DNA of 43,111 nucleotides from Cystobasidiomycetes sp. EMM_F5 (Eukaryota). The position numbers and the translations under genes were made by a program. Below are positions 1 to 11,316 of this stretch, in pieces (position 1 is the stretch's first letter; each line of letters starts with the position of its first letter). The stretch covers positions 62,001 through 105,111 of the forward strand of contig JBPGPT010000044.1 in the NCBI GenBank assembly GCA_051047955.1. The letters run 5' to 3'. A model generated the notes under the pieces. The model saw nothing but the letters and a program-made list of their open reading frames with translations, ran no database searches and had not been told where the DNA came from.

Positions 1-389
1 AGACCCTCCACGTTTACTAAATTCACGCATCAGACATTGTGCGGACCTGGTACTCTAGATTGCGCACTTAGAGGTTGTAGACATAGACATGTCATTCCCA
101 GCTCTTTAATCAGATTGCCTATTCGCTTTGCTGCAGCGATGTGGGCCGGTGTAGCGGACCATGGGTTGCTCGAGTCGTAACCAGGTTGTTGAGATAGGTA
201 GTGGAGCCAATCCTGATCGAACAAGTCGATATACTTGTGGCCTTCTGCCGCCATCGTGCGAAGGACATCTGTTACAGTGCATGCGGTCAATTGGGGTGAT
301 CCGGTACACAGGGCGGAGTCTGACGTACCTTCGAGATTGAAGTGGAGGCGTGAAGCAATGCTCACTGTGCAGGCACCGTACTCTGGCAT
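1..389 (-). CDS. Xylose-isomerase-like TIM-barrel protein (AP endonuclease 2 / 3-dehydroshikimate dehydratase-like), 5' part; runs off the window start
   Basis: ATG at 389. In-frame 60-nt GT-AG intron at 269-328 and a second intron near 17-67. Spliced peptide ...FNLEDVLRTMAAEGHKYIDLF...IAAAKRIGNLIKELGMTCLCLQPLINVEG aligns by eye with the neighbouring gene's LRAAAANVKRIADKLCLDIAVLSPFVTYEG. Confidence 0.65.
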
Positions 390-542
390 TGTTGCAAATC
401 GGCTTAATCTCTGTCAAGCTTCGTGTAAATTCCAGGCTATATGACGGACTGCGCGGAATACGTTTGCGGAAAAGGCAACAATATAAATTCAGCATTCTCC
501 GAGCATGCAACATGAAGCGCTGCTGAGCTGCCTACATCTGAG

Positions 543-1751
543 ATGAGTGCGCTGCCGCCTCTGTACATTCCGACGGTATCGTTGGGCAGGGTCAGTGCAG
601 GTCACAAGGTGAGGCTGCTTATATTTGACGTCAGGGTTCAGCCAGCAACTGAGCTGTTTGCGACGACAGCTCCTCGCAAAACTCCATGTAGCTGCCCAGT
701 ATGGCTATGCCGGCGTAGAGGTAACATTCGAATGCCTCGAAGACCTGGCAAGCTCGACTGGCGAACCTTCGGTGCCTCGAGAAGAGCGGCTCCGTGCAGC
801 AGCAGCCAATGTCAAGAGAATCGCCGACAAGCTTTGCCTCGACATTGCAGTATTGTCGCCGTTTGTCACGTACGAGGGATGCAATGACCCGCTCTTTCGC
901 GAACAACGGTTCCAAGAAGCTACGTTGTGGCTGGAGTTGGCCAGCATCCTCGGGGCTACAGTGATGCAGGTGCGCCGTTCTTTGTAGGTATATGCATCTT
1001 ACGAACGCTAATAGTATTCCTGAACTTACGTACAGCTGCCGTCCAACGTTCTCGAACGAGAGCAATGCACAGACGATCTGCCAACCATAGTGTCCGATTT
1101 TCAACGCCTTGCTGATGCCGCAGCAAAGTACAAGCCAGCCATTCGCATAGCATACGAGAATCTAGAGTGGGGCACATACGTCAAGACATGGCAAGACGCT
1201 TGGAATATCATCCTCGCGGTTGATAGACCAAATTTCGGCCTCTGCTTCGACGTGTGTGCGTGCTACTGCTCTATAATCTGCTCTATACACGGAGATACTG
1301 ATATTCTTCCTCAGTCCACATCGCAGGCTTGCTTTATGGCGACCCAACAGTCACTGGTGGGCGGCGAGTCGATGGCGAACGAGCTCTTGAGTCGAGCATG
1401 GCAGAATTTGAAGCTACAGTTGACATCAACAAGGTCTTCCTATATCAGCTTTCCGACGGTCACCTGATGGATCCTCCGCTGGGCAAACCTGGGAATGCCT
1501 TCTATGATCCGTCGCAAAGACCAGGTTTAACGTGGTCTCGCAATGGCCGTCCGTTTCCTTTTCAAGATGGCTACTTGGCCATCCTCCGTATCGCACGGAC
1601 AATGGTACGGCTAGGCTATCATGGTATTACAAGCATGGAAGTCTTCGTGCCACGCCACCACGACAAAGACGATGCAGTCCCAACGGAAATGGCCGCACAA
1701 GGTATGCAGAGCTGGAACTTGTTGCAAGGTGGTCTAGCAGACCTCTCATAA
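543..1751 (+). CDS. Xylose-isomerase-like TIM-barrel enzyme, 3-dehydroshikimate dehydratase (Qa-4/QutC)-like; 3 introns
   Basis: Joined exons give TVSLGR...KLHVAAQYGYAGVEV...RIAYENLEWG...VDRPNFGLCFDVFHIAG...YQLSDG...TWSRNGRPFP...SMEVF, the metal-binding motif series of this family. Confidence 0.8.
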
Positions 1752-1920
1752 CGAAAATCGCTACGGGAACCTAGTCTGATTAGCCGAGCGCGAACGACGT
1801 TGTAATCATGAGACGCATTTCGACGCTTCATCAACTCATCCCGGCCTCCGTAAAGTTGCCTTCCATGATAATATGACTTGCATGGGATCAAGAAGGTGGC
1901 TGTCTAGACAGTCCGAGACC

Positions 1921-2098
1921 TCACGGGTCGATGTTATGTGAATGAAGGCGTCGTCTGAGTCGCAGCAATGAGCCAGGACCGAGCCCATCGGCGCCAGACA
2001 CCAGCACAAAGCATTACACAGTCAACATGTGACATGCTAAACGACAGCACGGGTATCCCCATGAAGGCGGTCCCCGTAAACGTGTCTGGAGGCACGTT
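1921..2098. promoter_or_regulatory. Candidate Pho4-type bHLH sites upstream of phoD
   Basis: AACGTG (2079-2084) and CACGTT (2093-2098) form an inverted pair. CACGGG occurs at 1922 and 2048. Confidence 0.35.
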
Positions 2099-2254
2099 CG
2101 ACGGCGACTTGCAAATGATGATTTATACCGGAAAGAAGGCACACGGACTGATTCGATAACGTTGTCCTGGCTAAAGCTCCTTCCCTACCTTCGTTCACTA
2201 CTAATACTTTTATTGTCGACTCGCATCGGATCCCGCCCAAGACGATCAAGCAAA

Positions 2255-4582
2255 ATGCCTAATGTGCTTAGGGCTGTGCTTTGTGGTTTGGCAGCACAGG
2301 TGGTAGCTACTCACGGCTTTCAGCTCAATGGACGAGATGGACGCATTGATCTGTCTGACAACCTCGCCTACCGGTCTCCATCTCTCCACCCAAAACTCAG
2401 CGTTTTGGAAGTCGGACTTGATGACGTACACAAGCGCATGGACGTTGAGCGTTCTGCTATGCAGAAACGCCAAAGCATCATAAACCCATTCGCAAATGGT
2501 ACAAATCCTACAAATGATGTATACAGGGGCGAATTGTCATTTCCTTACGGCGTTGCGTCCGGCGATCCCCTCAACACAAGCATCGTCCTGTGGACTTTGC
2601 CTGTCAAGGTTGACGATGAAGGTCTCTATGGCGGAAATTCATACCCCCCTGTCTGCTTGACCTGTACGTCCTGATCGTTTTGACCGTCACATACGGTTTG
2701 CTGAAAGTCCGTCAATCAAGACCAAGTTTCGTTGACGAGCGCTTTCAATGGCTCTCTGGTCACTAGCGGCAATGTATACACAACGTGAGAAGGGATTTCT
2801 TTGCCTCTTGACGCTAGCGCTGAAGCCGTCCTCAGATATGATGTTCGCTTTGCGACAAAGGTCATTGCAAGCAATCTGCAAGCGTAGTATGTCGGCTTGT
2901 TACACTTATTTCGATTTGAGCTGATACGTTCCAAATGCATAGCACGCCGTACTTTTACAGATTCATTTCTTGCTCCGGAGCAAGCCAAGGAGCTTCAGTT
3001 GTAGGCCAGTTCAAGACTCTGCCCAATCCGGATGATATGCCGGCAGAAATTGGCCTTGCAGTTTTCAGCTGCTCAAATCTACCGTTCGGATATGTGAGTC
3101 TTCGGTGGAAAATATGTATCGCAACTTATTGACGGCATGTTACCGATGAGCTAGTTCAATGCGTACGGAAATGCTGCTAATAATTCTGCACGCCTGGATT
3201 ACTGGCAGCACGTCGGAGATTACATTTACGAGTACGCGAATGGTGCATACGGAGATGGGACAGCCCTTGGACGAGTGCCGCAGCCGCTGCGCGAATGCTC
3301 CAGTCTGGACGATTACCGAGAGTCAGCAATCACGTCAGTCTGTGCAAAGTAATGTACTGATCAGTGTAATTGCAGCCGATATGCTTCGTACCGCTCAGAC
3401 CCTGATCTTCAGAAATTACACCAGCTTCTAGCGGTGCAAGCCGTCTGGGATGATCATGGTATGTGACGATACATCTATGTGCGCTGCGACTATTGATGCT
3501 GTTTCAATCAACAGAGGTCGCAGATCAAGCTTTCAACAACGGAACTGCAGATTCCAATAACACGATTTACGGCGCCGTCAATGGCCTTCAGTTCAGCCAG
3601 CGAAAGGCCAAGTACGTTCCCGACGATAGCATAGTGTTTGCACCGCTGACGGATGTACGTCTCATCTGTACAGTGCTGTCCGCGCCTACTTTGAGTTTCT
3701 CCCTATACGACAAGTCGATACGGATGATTCTTTGCGTATTTGGCGTACGTTCCAGGTCGGAAAACTGTTCGATATGGTGATGTTGGACACCCGGAATTAC
3801 AACCGCTCAATCACCGATTTATACTACAACACGGATATTATCGCAGCTCAGGCGAATAGCTCAGACCGCTCGATGACTGGATTGCCGCAACAGAACTGGT
3901 TCTTCAACCAATTGGACAACTCTCAAGCACGTAACGCTACGTGGAAGCTTGTAATGCAGCAGGTGGTATTCAATCGCGTCAATTATTCGTCAGTAGCTCC
4001 CACAGCATCATTTGACCTGGACGCATGGGCAAGCGTGATACTACATCTTTTCCGTTATCCACGCTGACCTTAAGTGCATTTGTTGGACACCCACAGGAAG
4101 GATACCGGTACCAACGTCGTCAAATAGTCAACCACATCGCTCAGAACAATATCAGCAATGCCGTCATCCTCTCCGGAGATTCGCACGCCAGCTGGGCTTT
4201 CGACTTGACACAAGATGATTACGCTGGATACAATTCAACAACGGGCGCGGGTGCCGTAGGAGTAGAATTTGCTGGGTCTGCTGTGTCTTCACCATCGTCA
4301 TATGGCAAGCTTTCGGATCCCCTATACGTGGCAGTTGCCGCGAACCTTACGAAGAACAACCCCTCCTTGCAATACGCAGAGGGACAATTGCGGGGTTATT
4401 TCGAGCTGCATATCACTCCACAAACAGTCCGCTCCGACTACTATGGCTTCTACGACCAACTCAGCCGCAACTCAAATGTCACAAAGTTGGCCACGTTCTA
4501 TACCGACAGAGGAACTAACAAGCTTCGCAGGCCAATTAATAATGGCACACGGCCTGCATTTGGGTCTGTGCGGGGTTTGTAA
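2255..4582 (+). CDS. phoD: Secreted alkaline phosphatase D (PhoD family); about 9 introns, one GC-AG
   Basis: Signal-peptide-like start MPNVLRAVLCGLAAQVVA. Motifs GVASGDP, FSCSNLPFG, HVGDYIYEY, VWDDHEVAD, MLDTR, DAWEGY and LSGDSHASW appear across the spliced exons. Confidence 0.92.
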
Positions 4583-4606
4583 GGCGTTCGTAGAAAAAAT
4601 AAATAG

Positions 4607-4638
4607 CCTAATATTGCTATTAACCTAATATTGCTATT
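4607..4638. repeat. Tandem duplication CCTAATATTGCTATT x2 in the AT-rich convergent terminator region
   Basis: Exact 15-nt copies at 4607-4621 and 4624-4638, just after AATAAA (4598). Confidence 0.8.
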
Positions 4639-4673
4639 GGGCTCTGTCCTACTGCGAAATGATTGTCCAGCCG

Positions 4674-6953
4674 TTATAGGCCTAAGCGCGAGAGCTGATA
4701 CTGCGTATATACCGAGATGGATGAGTTTCGGAAATTATCGGTGATTGCAACGGTGGCATCATTTTGAAATTGAATAGCTTGGCTGTTATTGCCGTAATTC
4801 GGCCAGATTGTGCCGTTTGTGCCGCCTCCGATATTCGGGTCGCCATTGACAACGAAATTGATCCAGTAGGATTGCATTTGACGCGAGAGGGCAAGATCTG
4901 CAGGTCGCTGCGACATGGGGTTGCGGACAGTTTGATTCATGATGCCAAATACCTATAGAACGATAGAGGTCAGCAGAGCCATATCGTGCAATCACCAAGA
5001 CGTACATAGGGGATCTCGTAAAAGTGAGCCACGCCCAAGTCAGCGGATCCATTCTGGGGTACTTGAACGAAGTGATAGCGGTATGTAGGGAGCCCAAGCT
5101 TGGCGCGCTGCCCAGAGACCCAGCGTGCTCCTGTGAAAGCAGAAATGTAAGCAATCTTCTCGTGGGCAGGAACGCAACGACGACTTGCCTGAAGCTTGGC
5201 CATCGGTCACATACCACCGGATTCTCTTGTCTTGTGCACCGGTAGGCAGTGGATTTGGACCAGTATTGAATGGGCACCCCAGGCTGTTGTTGTTGGGGTA
5301 TGCTTGCAAGAAGGTCTGAATGGTAGCGTTACTGGGGCTGCCGAGTGATCCAGAGATGGCATTAATGAAATCCTGATCAGTCTGAATGCCAAATGGAGCA
5401 TTTAGGCCTGCAAAAAGTCTGACGTCAACAGGCTGCTTTTCTTCGCACGAGGTGTGTTACCTACCTTCTGTCGCTTCGTCGAGGTTGTTGCCCAGCATGA
5501 GCGGTAGCTTGACGTATTTACCCTGTTGGATCAAGACTGTGGTCGAGTCTTGTAGGAAATCTCCGTCGATGACTGAAAAAGGTCCAGTTCCGTTAGCAGC
5601 GGTGTAGATGCTGGCGAAGCTGATGTTTCGCAGGCATGCAAGGTCATCACTGCATCCTGTCCTGTTGAGGACTGCAATCGAAATGTCAAGTCATGCCAAA
5701 CCAAATCACACCCCCGAAACGCCTCACATTGATTCCAGCCCGTAAGAGTAGCATTCACGAAGGATTTGCTACCGCTGACAGAGGTCCCAGAATCGACAAT
5801 GCTTGCTCGGAAGAGATTGTCGTTTCGGCCGCCGTCTGCGCGCTCAGTTAGCCATCCAGCCGGATTGAACACAGTAATGCCTTACAAGCGATGTTCTGAG
5901 CAACGACAGCGCTTCCCCCGGCACTCTGACCCCACAAGGTCACCTTTAAGATGTTCCTTTAGTTATTGTGGCATGCTAGAGATGCTCAGGGACTGACTTT
6001 GCTTGGATCGCCACCGAAAGCAGCAATATTTTCCTGCAACCATCGCAGAGCCATACGCTGGTCCTTGTATCCTAGATTGAGTGATCCAGCTGCTGCTACA
6101 GCATTGCCTCCTGGGAATCCGAAGGCTGCCAGGCGATAGCTGGTAGAGGAAACCTGGTCAGCCGACGCCGAAACAAAGAATCGATGCTGCTCCGCCTCAC
6201 TTTACGCCGACAAAGATTATCGGAGTTCCCCGTGCCGCTGAGTACTGTGCAAGGTACGATCCGTTGTATCTGGGATCTTGATTTGTGCCCTATCCGTTCA
6301 AGGGACCGGTCAGCTGTGATTTTCACGATACAAACTGGTCAGCAACTGACTTGGACTGATCCACCGCCGAAGCTGGTATGAGTAGCTGTTTCAGTCGATG
6401 ACTCTAGCAGGAAGCCGTTCAGACTCACATCCAGAAAAGGACCGGAAGACTTGCATTGGCAGAGATATTTGCGGGTCCTGCACCAATACATTGAAACGTC
6501 AGAAACCCACTGCCATTCAAGAGGCGAGATTTACGTACGCCATATGTTTACATTCAGGCAATTCTCGGAAATGACATACGGTTGACCGGCCGTCACATTG
6601 GGATACGAAGAGACACCATAGCCAGGGCATACGTTGCCAAGACCAGTGGCATCGAACGTCCCGTTGTATGCAGAGTTGAGAGATTGCGGAACTCGGAAGC
6701 GCTGGAAGCAAAGTGTGTCAGTCTTGGGTCTCTCTTTATACAACCGGAAATGATGTACGTTTTGACCGCCGGTGTCTTGTGCATACGGAACACCCAAGAA
6801 CTGGTGTACACCTAGACCAGGTAGCAGAGCTCCACGGATTGTGCCATTTCGAACTGTCACAGTCGGTGCGGAAACTGCCTGACGTTTTTGGAGCGGGGAA
6901 GCTGCAGCAGCGGTCAGTAGGGAGAGAGCAATGACGGAATCGGATAGCTTCAT
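4674..6953 (-). CDS. Secreted type-B carboxylesterase/lipase; multi-intron, one GC-AG
   Basis: Signal peptide MKLSDSVIALSLLTAAAASP plus KR propeptide. Motifs FLGVPYAQ, SENCLNVNIW, FGGDP, nucleophile WGQSAG (~5910-5935), VAHFYEIPY and YWINFVVNGDPN. Confidence 0.92.
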
Positions 6954-7728
6954 CGTTGCGTAGCAGGCTGATCTGGGCAAAGAAGTAAAAGCTCTTTAGC
7001 TGCAGCTGGCAGATGGCGTAAACGACTTCCGCGTTCTTCTATTCAAAGCGGGTTTGCCAAGGACAGTCGATGCCGAAGGCGGCACAGTGAGCCGCTCTTT
7101 CCGCCCTCGTTAAAAGCCCCACATTGGACCAGCTTTATGCTAGTCTCCACATGGAGTCCCATCAGCATTGCGTTGTGTGCGGATAATCTTCTGGCGCCAT
7201 GGCTTTAGTTCGGCTTTCGACGCGGACTCGGAGCATATATGCCCGGGGGGAGTGAATACCACGAAAGCGTACGTAATGCGCGAGCATTGGATGGTGTCAT
7301 ACCGTGTTGACCGTGTCTTCTATTCCAAGGATTACCTTCAACGGGTCAATCACTCGGTAGCAGTGTTGAGTTGGCTGGGAGAAGGAGACCGCCATGCATC
7401 CGTTGAAAGACAATGTCACTTGAGAACAAAAGCAAACGACAGTCGAGCAAACATCAAAACAGCCTGCCATTTGTACTTTGTTCAATTCAAGGTTGTCCCT
7501 CATCTGGTCCAGTCCCTTCTCCAGTGAATGAACAGACCATCTTCATTCGGCATTTGATTTGATGCTGCTGGACAAGACTTGCTGTAGCTGCAAGTGCCGG
7601 TATATCGTAGTTCTAGTACTGCTATGCCATACCTTGCTTTGCTAGATTGGATAGACTCGTTTGGCTTTGCTGTTGGCTATACTTGACCACGAAACGCTGA
7701 GCTATCTGGAGCTGAACCCAGTGCATCG

Positions 7729-10700
7729 ATGCTGGTGGATGGCACACCGCACACCCGCTCGTCCGTGACGCACACTGCACAGGCTGGAGTCAGCAGCGGG
7801 CTACAGCCAACCCGGTCGAGTGAGCGTCAAGCTGCTGCTCAGAGTCCCGTAGCCAGCACGTCGACAGCAGGCGTAGCAGCCGCGCCAGAACGCAGGCCAT
7901 GGCATCAGAAGAGGCCACAGTTGGTGGGTGGTGTACGTCCTGGAGCGATACTCTCAGAGTCTCGTTGTTGAAGTCGATTTATCAAATCAAACAGAACTGC
8001 GCCCAGTGTGACGGTACGCAGTCGGTCAATGCCCACGGACGCAGTGAAGGTATGGTGTCCTGTCACCAGTGCGGGAGAAGCTGTGAGTGTCGCTGCTTGC
8101 TGTCCCGCGCCGTGCTGAATTGGCCCACTCTCCCAGTCCACCCTTCATGCCTGTCTGTCGAGTCGAAGCGGCTCATCGAGCGAATGCACACTCTTCCGTG
8201 GGCATGTCGAGACTGCAAGACGTGCCAAGTGTGTAAATACAAGGGAAAGGCAGTCGAACGGCAGAGTAATCCGACAGAAACGACGACCGAGCTATATTCG
8301 TGCGACAGGTGCGACAGAGGATGGCACGGTGAATGTCTCGATCCACCACTAGCCAACAGACCTGAAGGTCACTTTGCATGTCCGCTGTGCCGGGAGGAGT
8401 CGCAGAGAAACCGGCAACGAAACAGACAATCTTCCAATACTAACACGCAAGGCGAAAGGGCACCCTCAACATCGCCAAAGAGGCAATCAACCCAGGACTT
8501 TGTACCTCCGCATCTACGCTCACCTCCCTTGGCGCTCCGAAAGCAGATGGACATGCAAAAGGAGGTCGACACGACAAAAGACGTGAAAGCAGGCTTTCTA
8601 TCCCTGCTCGAGGCTGCCGAAGCCATGGACAGTACGCAACTATCCGTCGTCCCGCACACTAGGGCACAACGTACCTCTAACCGCATCTCAAGGAGTCGCG
8701 AAGGGAGTACTCGGAGAGACGACGTGCAGGAAGTGGAAGGAGAGGCTGAAGCAAATGACGATGTGGTCATGGAGACGCCAAAGGGCTCAGAGACGGATCA
8801 GATGGACTCCCTCATTGATCCGCAACTCTTGCCTGCTCGAATTCAGCACAGTCCCGAGCTTCCTATAGACGAATCCGCGTCTCGAGGGAGATCTTCCAAG
8901 CTACCAGATAGGCAAGCGCCGCAGGCGAAACATCCGCATACCCTCAAGTTACGATACGGTCGTAGCCTGGCCGATATAGACCCATCACTTACAAACACCG
9001 CCAGCCCTTCGCCAAAAAAGCGTCGTAGGACTGGGATACTGGCGGAACTAGGGCTCGATGAGGCTTCCGTTGCTGCAACACAAGATGATGTTGAAATGGA
9101 TGAAGATGCCGAGGGCTCTGTCGAAGAAGACGATGCAGATGCAGAGCAGGCGCCGGAGGAGGAACCAGACTCGTTTGTAAATCGTACCGACATGTCAGAT
9201 GCTGATGGAGAGTACGTAGAGGAGGAAGACGATATAGCCAGGCGCGTTTCGTCAAGACCTCAACGCCAATCCGGGCGCTCCCTTCGCAATCAAGACCAAT
9301 CCTACAGCGACTTCTTTCCCGATGTCAATGCTAGCTCCCCACGCAATGGCGTACCCACTACCCTTTCCGGTCGCTCACGTCGACATCCGCCGATTCTATA
9401 CAAGCCAGACGGCGTGCGCATACAACCATCGTCCAAATCGTCTTCTCGACGCGCTCAAAAACTGCCGTTGAGGCCAGCCAACGATGAGGCTTCGTTCGAC
9501 CGGAGCATGAGCATACGAAATGATCGACCCGTGTCTCTGGAACTGGAGGAACCTCGCCAGCCGGAGGATCCCTTCGGCGGGTTTCTGACAGGCCAGGCTG
9601 CAAGTCTGGGAGACAGAGTGCCTGAAGCGGCAGATCGACAATTGTACGAGCAGGTCATTTCTGCATCAGAGCAGACTTTGCTGCAGAATCTCGAATATCA
9701 CCCGCCAGTGACAGCTAACGGTGATGGACCGCTTGGCCATCGACGTCCTAAAAGGGAGGATCTGAACGGCTTCCGCTCGGCGAGTCCTATCAATGCCATG
9801 ACGCGTGGCTTGAAGGACAGCCTGACAACAGCCGAGCCACCTTCGCGTCTTCGCATGCATGACAATAATATGCCCATGCCGGCCGCATCCCATGGATCTC
9901 CGGCTCCTCTGACCAATGGCAGTTTCGTTCCCTCACGAAGCGAGTCTGTTGCGGCTCTAACTCTGCCAGAAGGCGCATACTCTAACATAGCTGCAATCCG
10001 CTTTGGTCAAGAATGGGAGATCAAGACTTGGTATCAAGCACCGTACCCGGAAGAATACGCCAGAGTACCGGATGGCAGGCTGTGGCTATGCGAGTTCTGT
10101 CTACAATACTTTCGCACAGGCTTTACCGCTGGCCGGCATCGCGTGAGTGTACTGACTGGATCACAGCTACACCATCATCTGTCTGACACGACAGTGTCTT
10201 ATTGTTCAGCTCAAGTGCCAGAATCGGCATCCGCCAGGCGATGAGATATACCGCGATGGTAACGTTAGTGTCTGGGAAGTTGATGGCCGGAAGAATAAGG
10301 TATTTACTGTCGTGCTTGGATTAACAAGCATCCTGCCTGACGAGGAAATCAAGATATATTGCCAGAATTTATGCCTTCTTGCAAAGATGTTTCTGGACCA
10401 TAAAACGCTCTACTACGACGTCGAGCCTTTCCTCTTCTATGTCATTACCGAGGGCGATGCGGAAGGCGCGCAATTTGTTGGCTACTTCAGCAAAGAGAAG
10501 CGGAGCCCGACAAATAACGTATCATGCATCATGACTCTGCCCGTGCGGCAAAGGCGAGGATGGGGCAACCTACTCATCGACTTTAGCTACCTGCTGAGCA
10601 AGAAGGAGAAGCGGCTTGGAACGCCAGAAAAACCACTGTCAGACTTAGGTCTGGTTACTTATCGGACTTACTGGACATTGGCCATCTATCGATATTTGCT

Positions 10701-11181
10701 GAGCGTCCCAGAAGCTGCTCAGACCACTCTGTCTATTGAAGACATCAGCACGGCCACATGCATCATACCAGACGAAATATTCTACATCCTGAAAACTTTC
10801 GACCTCGTCGTTCCGACTGATCCGTCCGGCCGAGACCAAGCATCGCAAAACGAAAGCTTGAGCATGGGCGGCGGTCCGATCGGTCCACCAAGTCCTCGCA
10901 ACCCAAATTGGCAGGGTAATCAGCACACTCGTCGTCGCCAATTAGCGGATGCTCGTGCAGCAGTCACCTCGGTCAACCTGAGTATCCCGTCTTCGTATCG
11001 GATCGCGTTTGAAAAGCGCGAAGAGATGCAAGCATATGTCGACAAGTATGACGCCAAGGGTTACCTGCGCTTGCGCCCAGAGCGGCTGCAGTGGACACCC
11101 TTTCTTGTCACTCGTGGAGCCCAGCCGCCAGAGATGGCAGAGATGGAAGCTGCGGCTCTTGAGCAGGAGATGGAGCACTGA
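7729..11181 (+). CDS. SAS3: MYST-family histone acetyltransferase (Sas3/KAT6-like) with N-terminal double PHD finger; 4 introns
   Basis: Likely start 7729, with a phase-0 intron at 7933-7994 joining to NCAQCD. PHD Cys/His pattern ([34 protein letters not shown]). MYST motifs [48 protein letters not shown] and [11 protein letters not shown]. Confidence 0.9.
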
Positions 11182-11316
11182 AGCACAGATTATTCGATGC
11201 TTGTTGTAATGACAGTCACTCATCTATCGTTCATTTTCAATGCTCAAATATCAGTCGCGGGTCTTTGCGGAGCAACAGTCGTCCGTCATCGTGGCTTCTT
11301 TCGCTGTCGCCCAACC

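Noticed and set aside
1900..1911. 12-bp palindrome CTGTCTAGACAG
   Set aside because: Isolated; palindromes of this length are expected by chance in 43 kb.
7168..7527. 119-aa and 68-aa ORFs in the esterase-MYST divergent gap
   Set aside because: The longer ORF has a non-ATG start; neither has protein-like motifs or a convincing splice chain.
7899..7994. ORF-track start MASEEAT for the MYST gene
   Set aside because: Reads through an intron. The splice phase supports the 7729 ORF as exon 1.
8369..9988. Long antisense ORFs opposite the MYST gene (similar ones oppose TFIP11, YCG1 and MAS1)
   Set aside because: Shadows of low-complexity or codon-biased sense CDS with no independent support.
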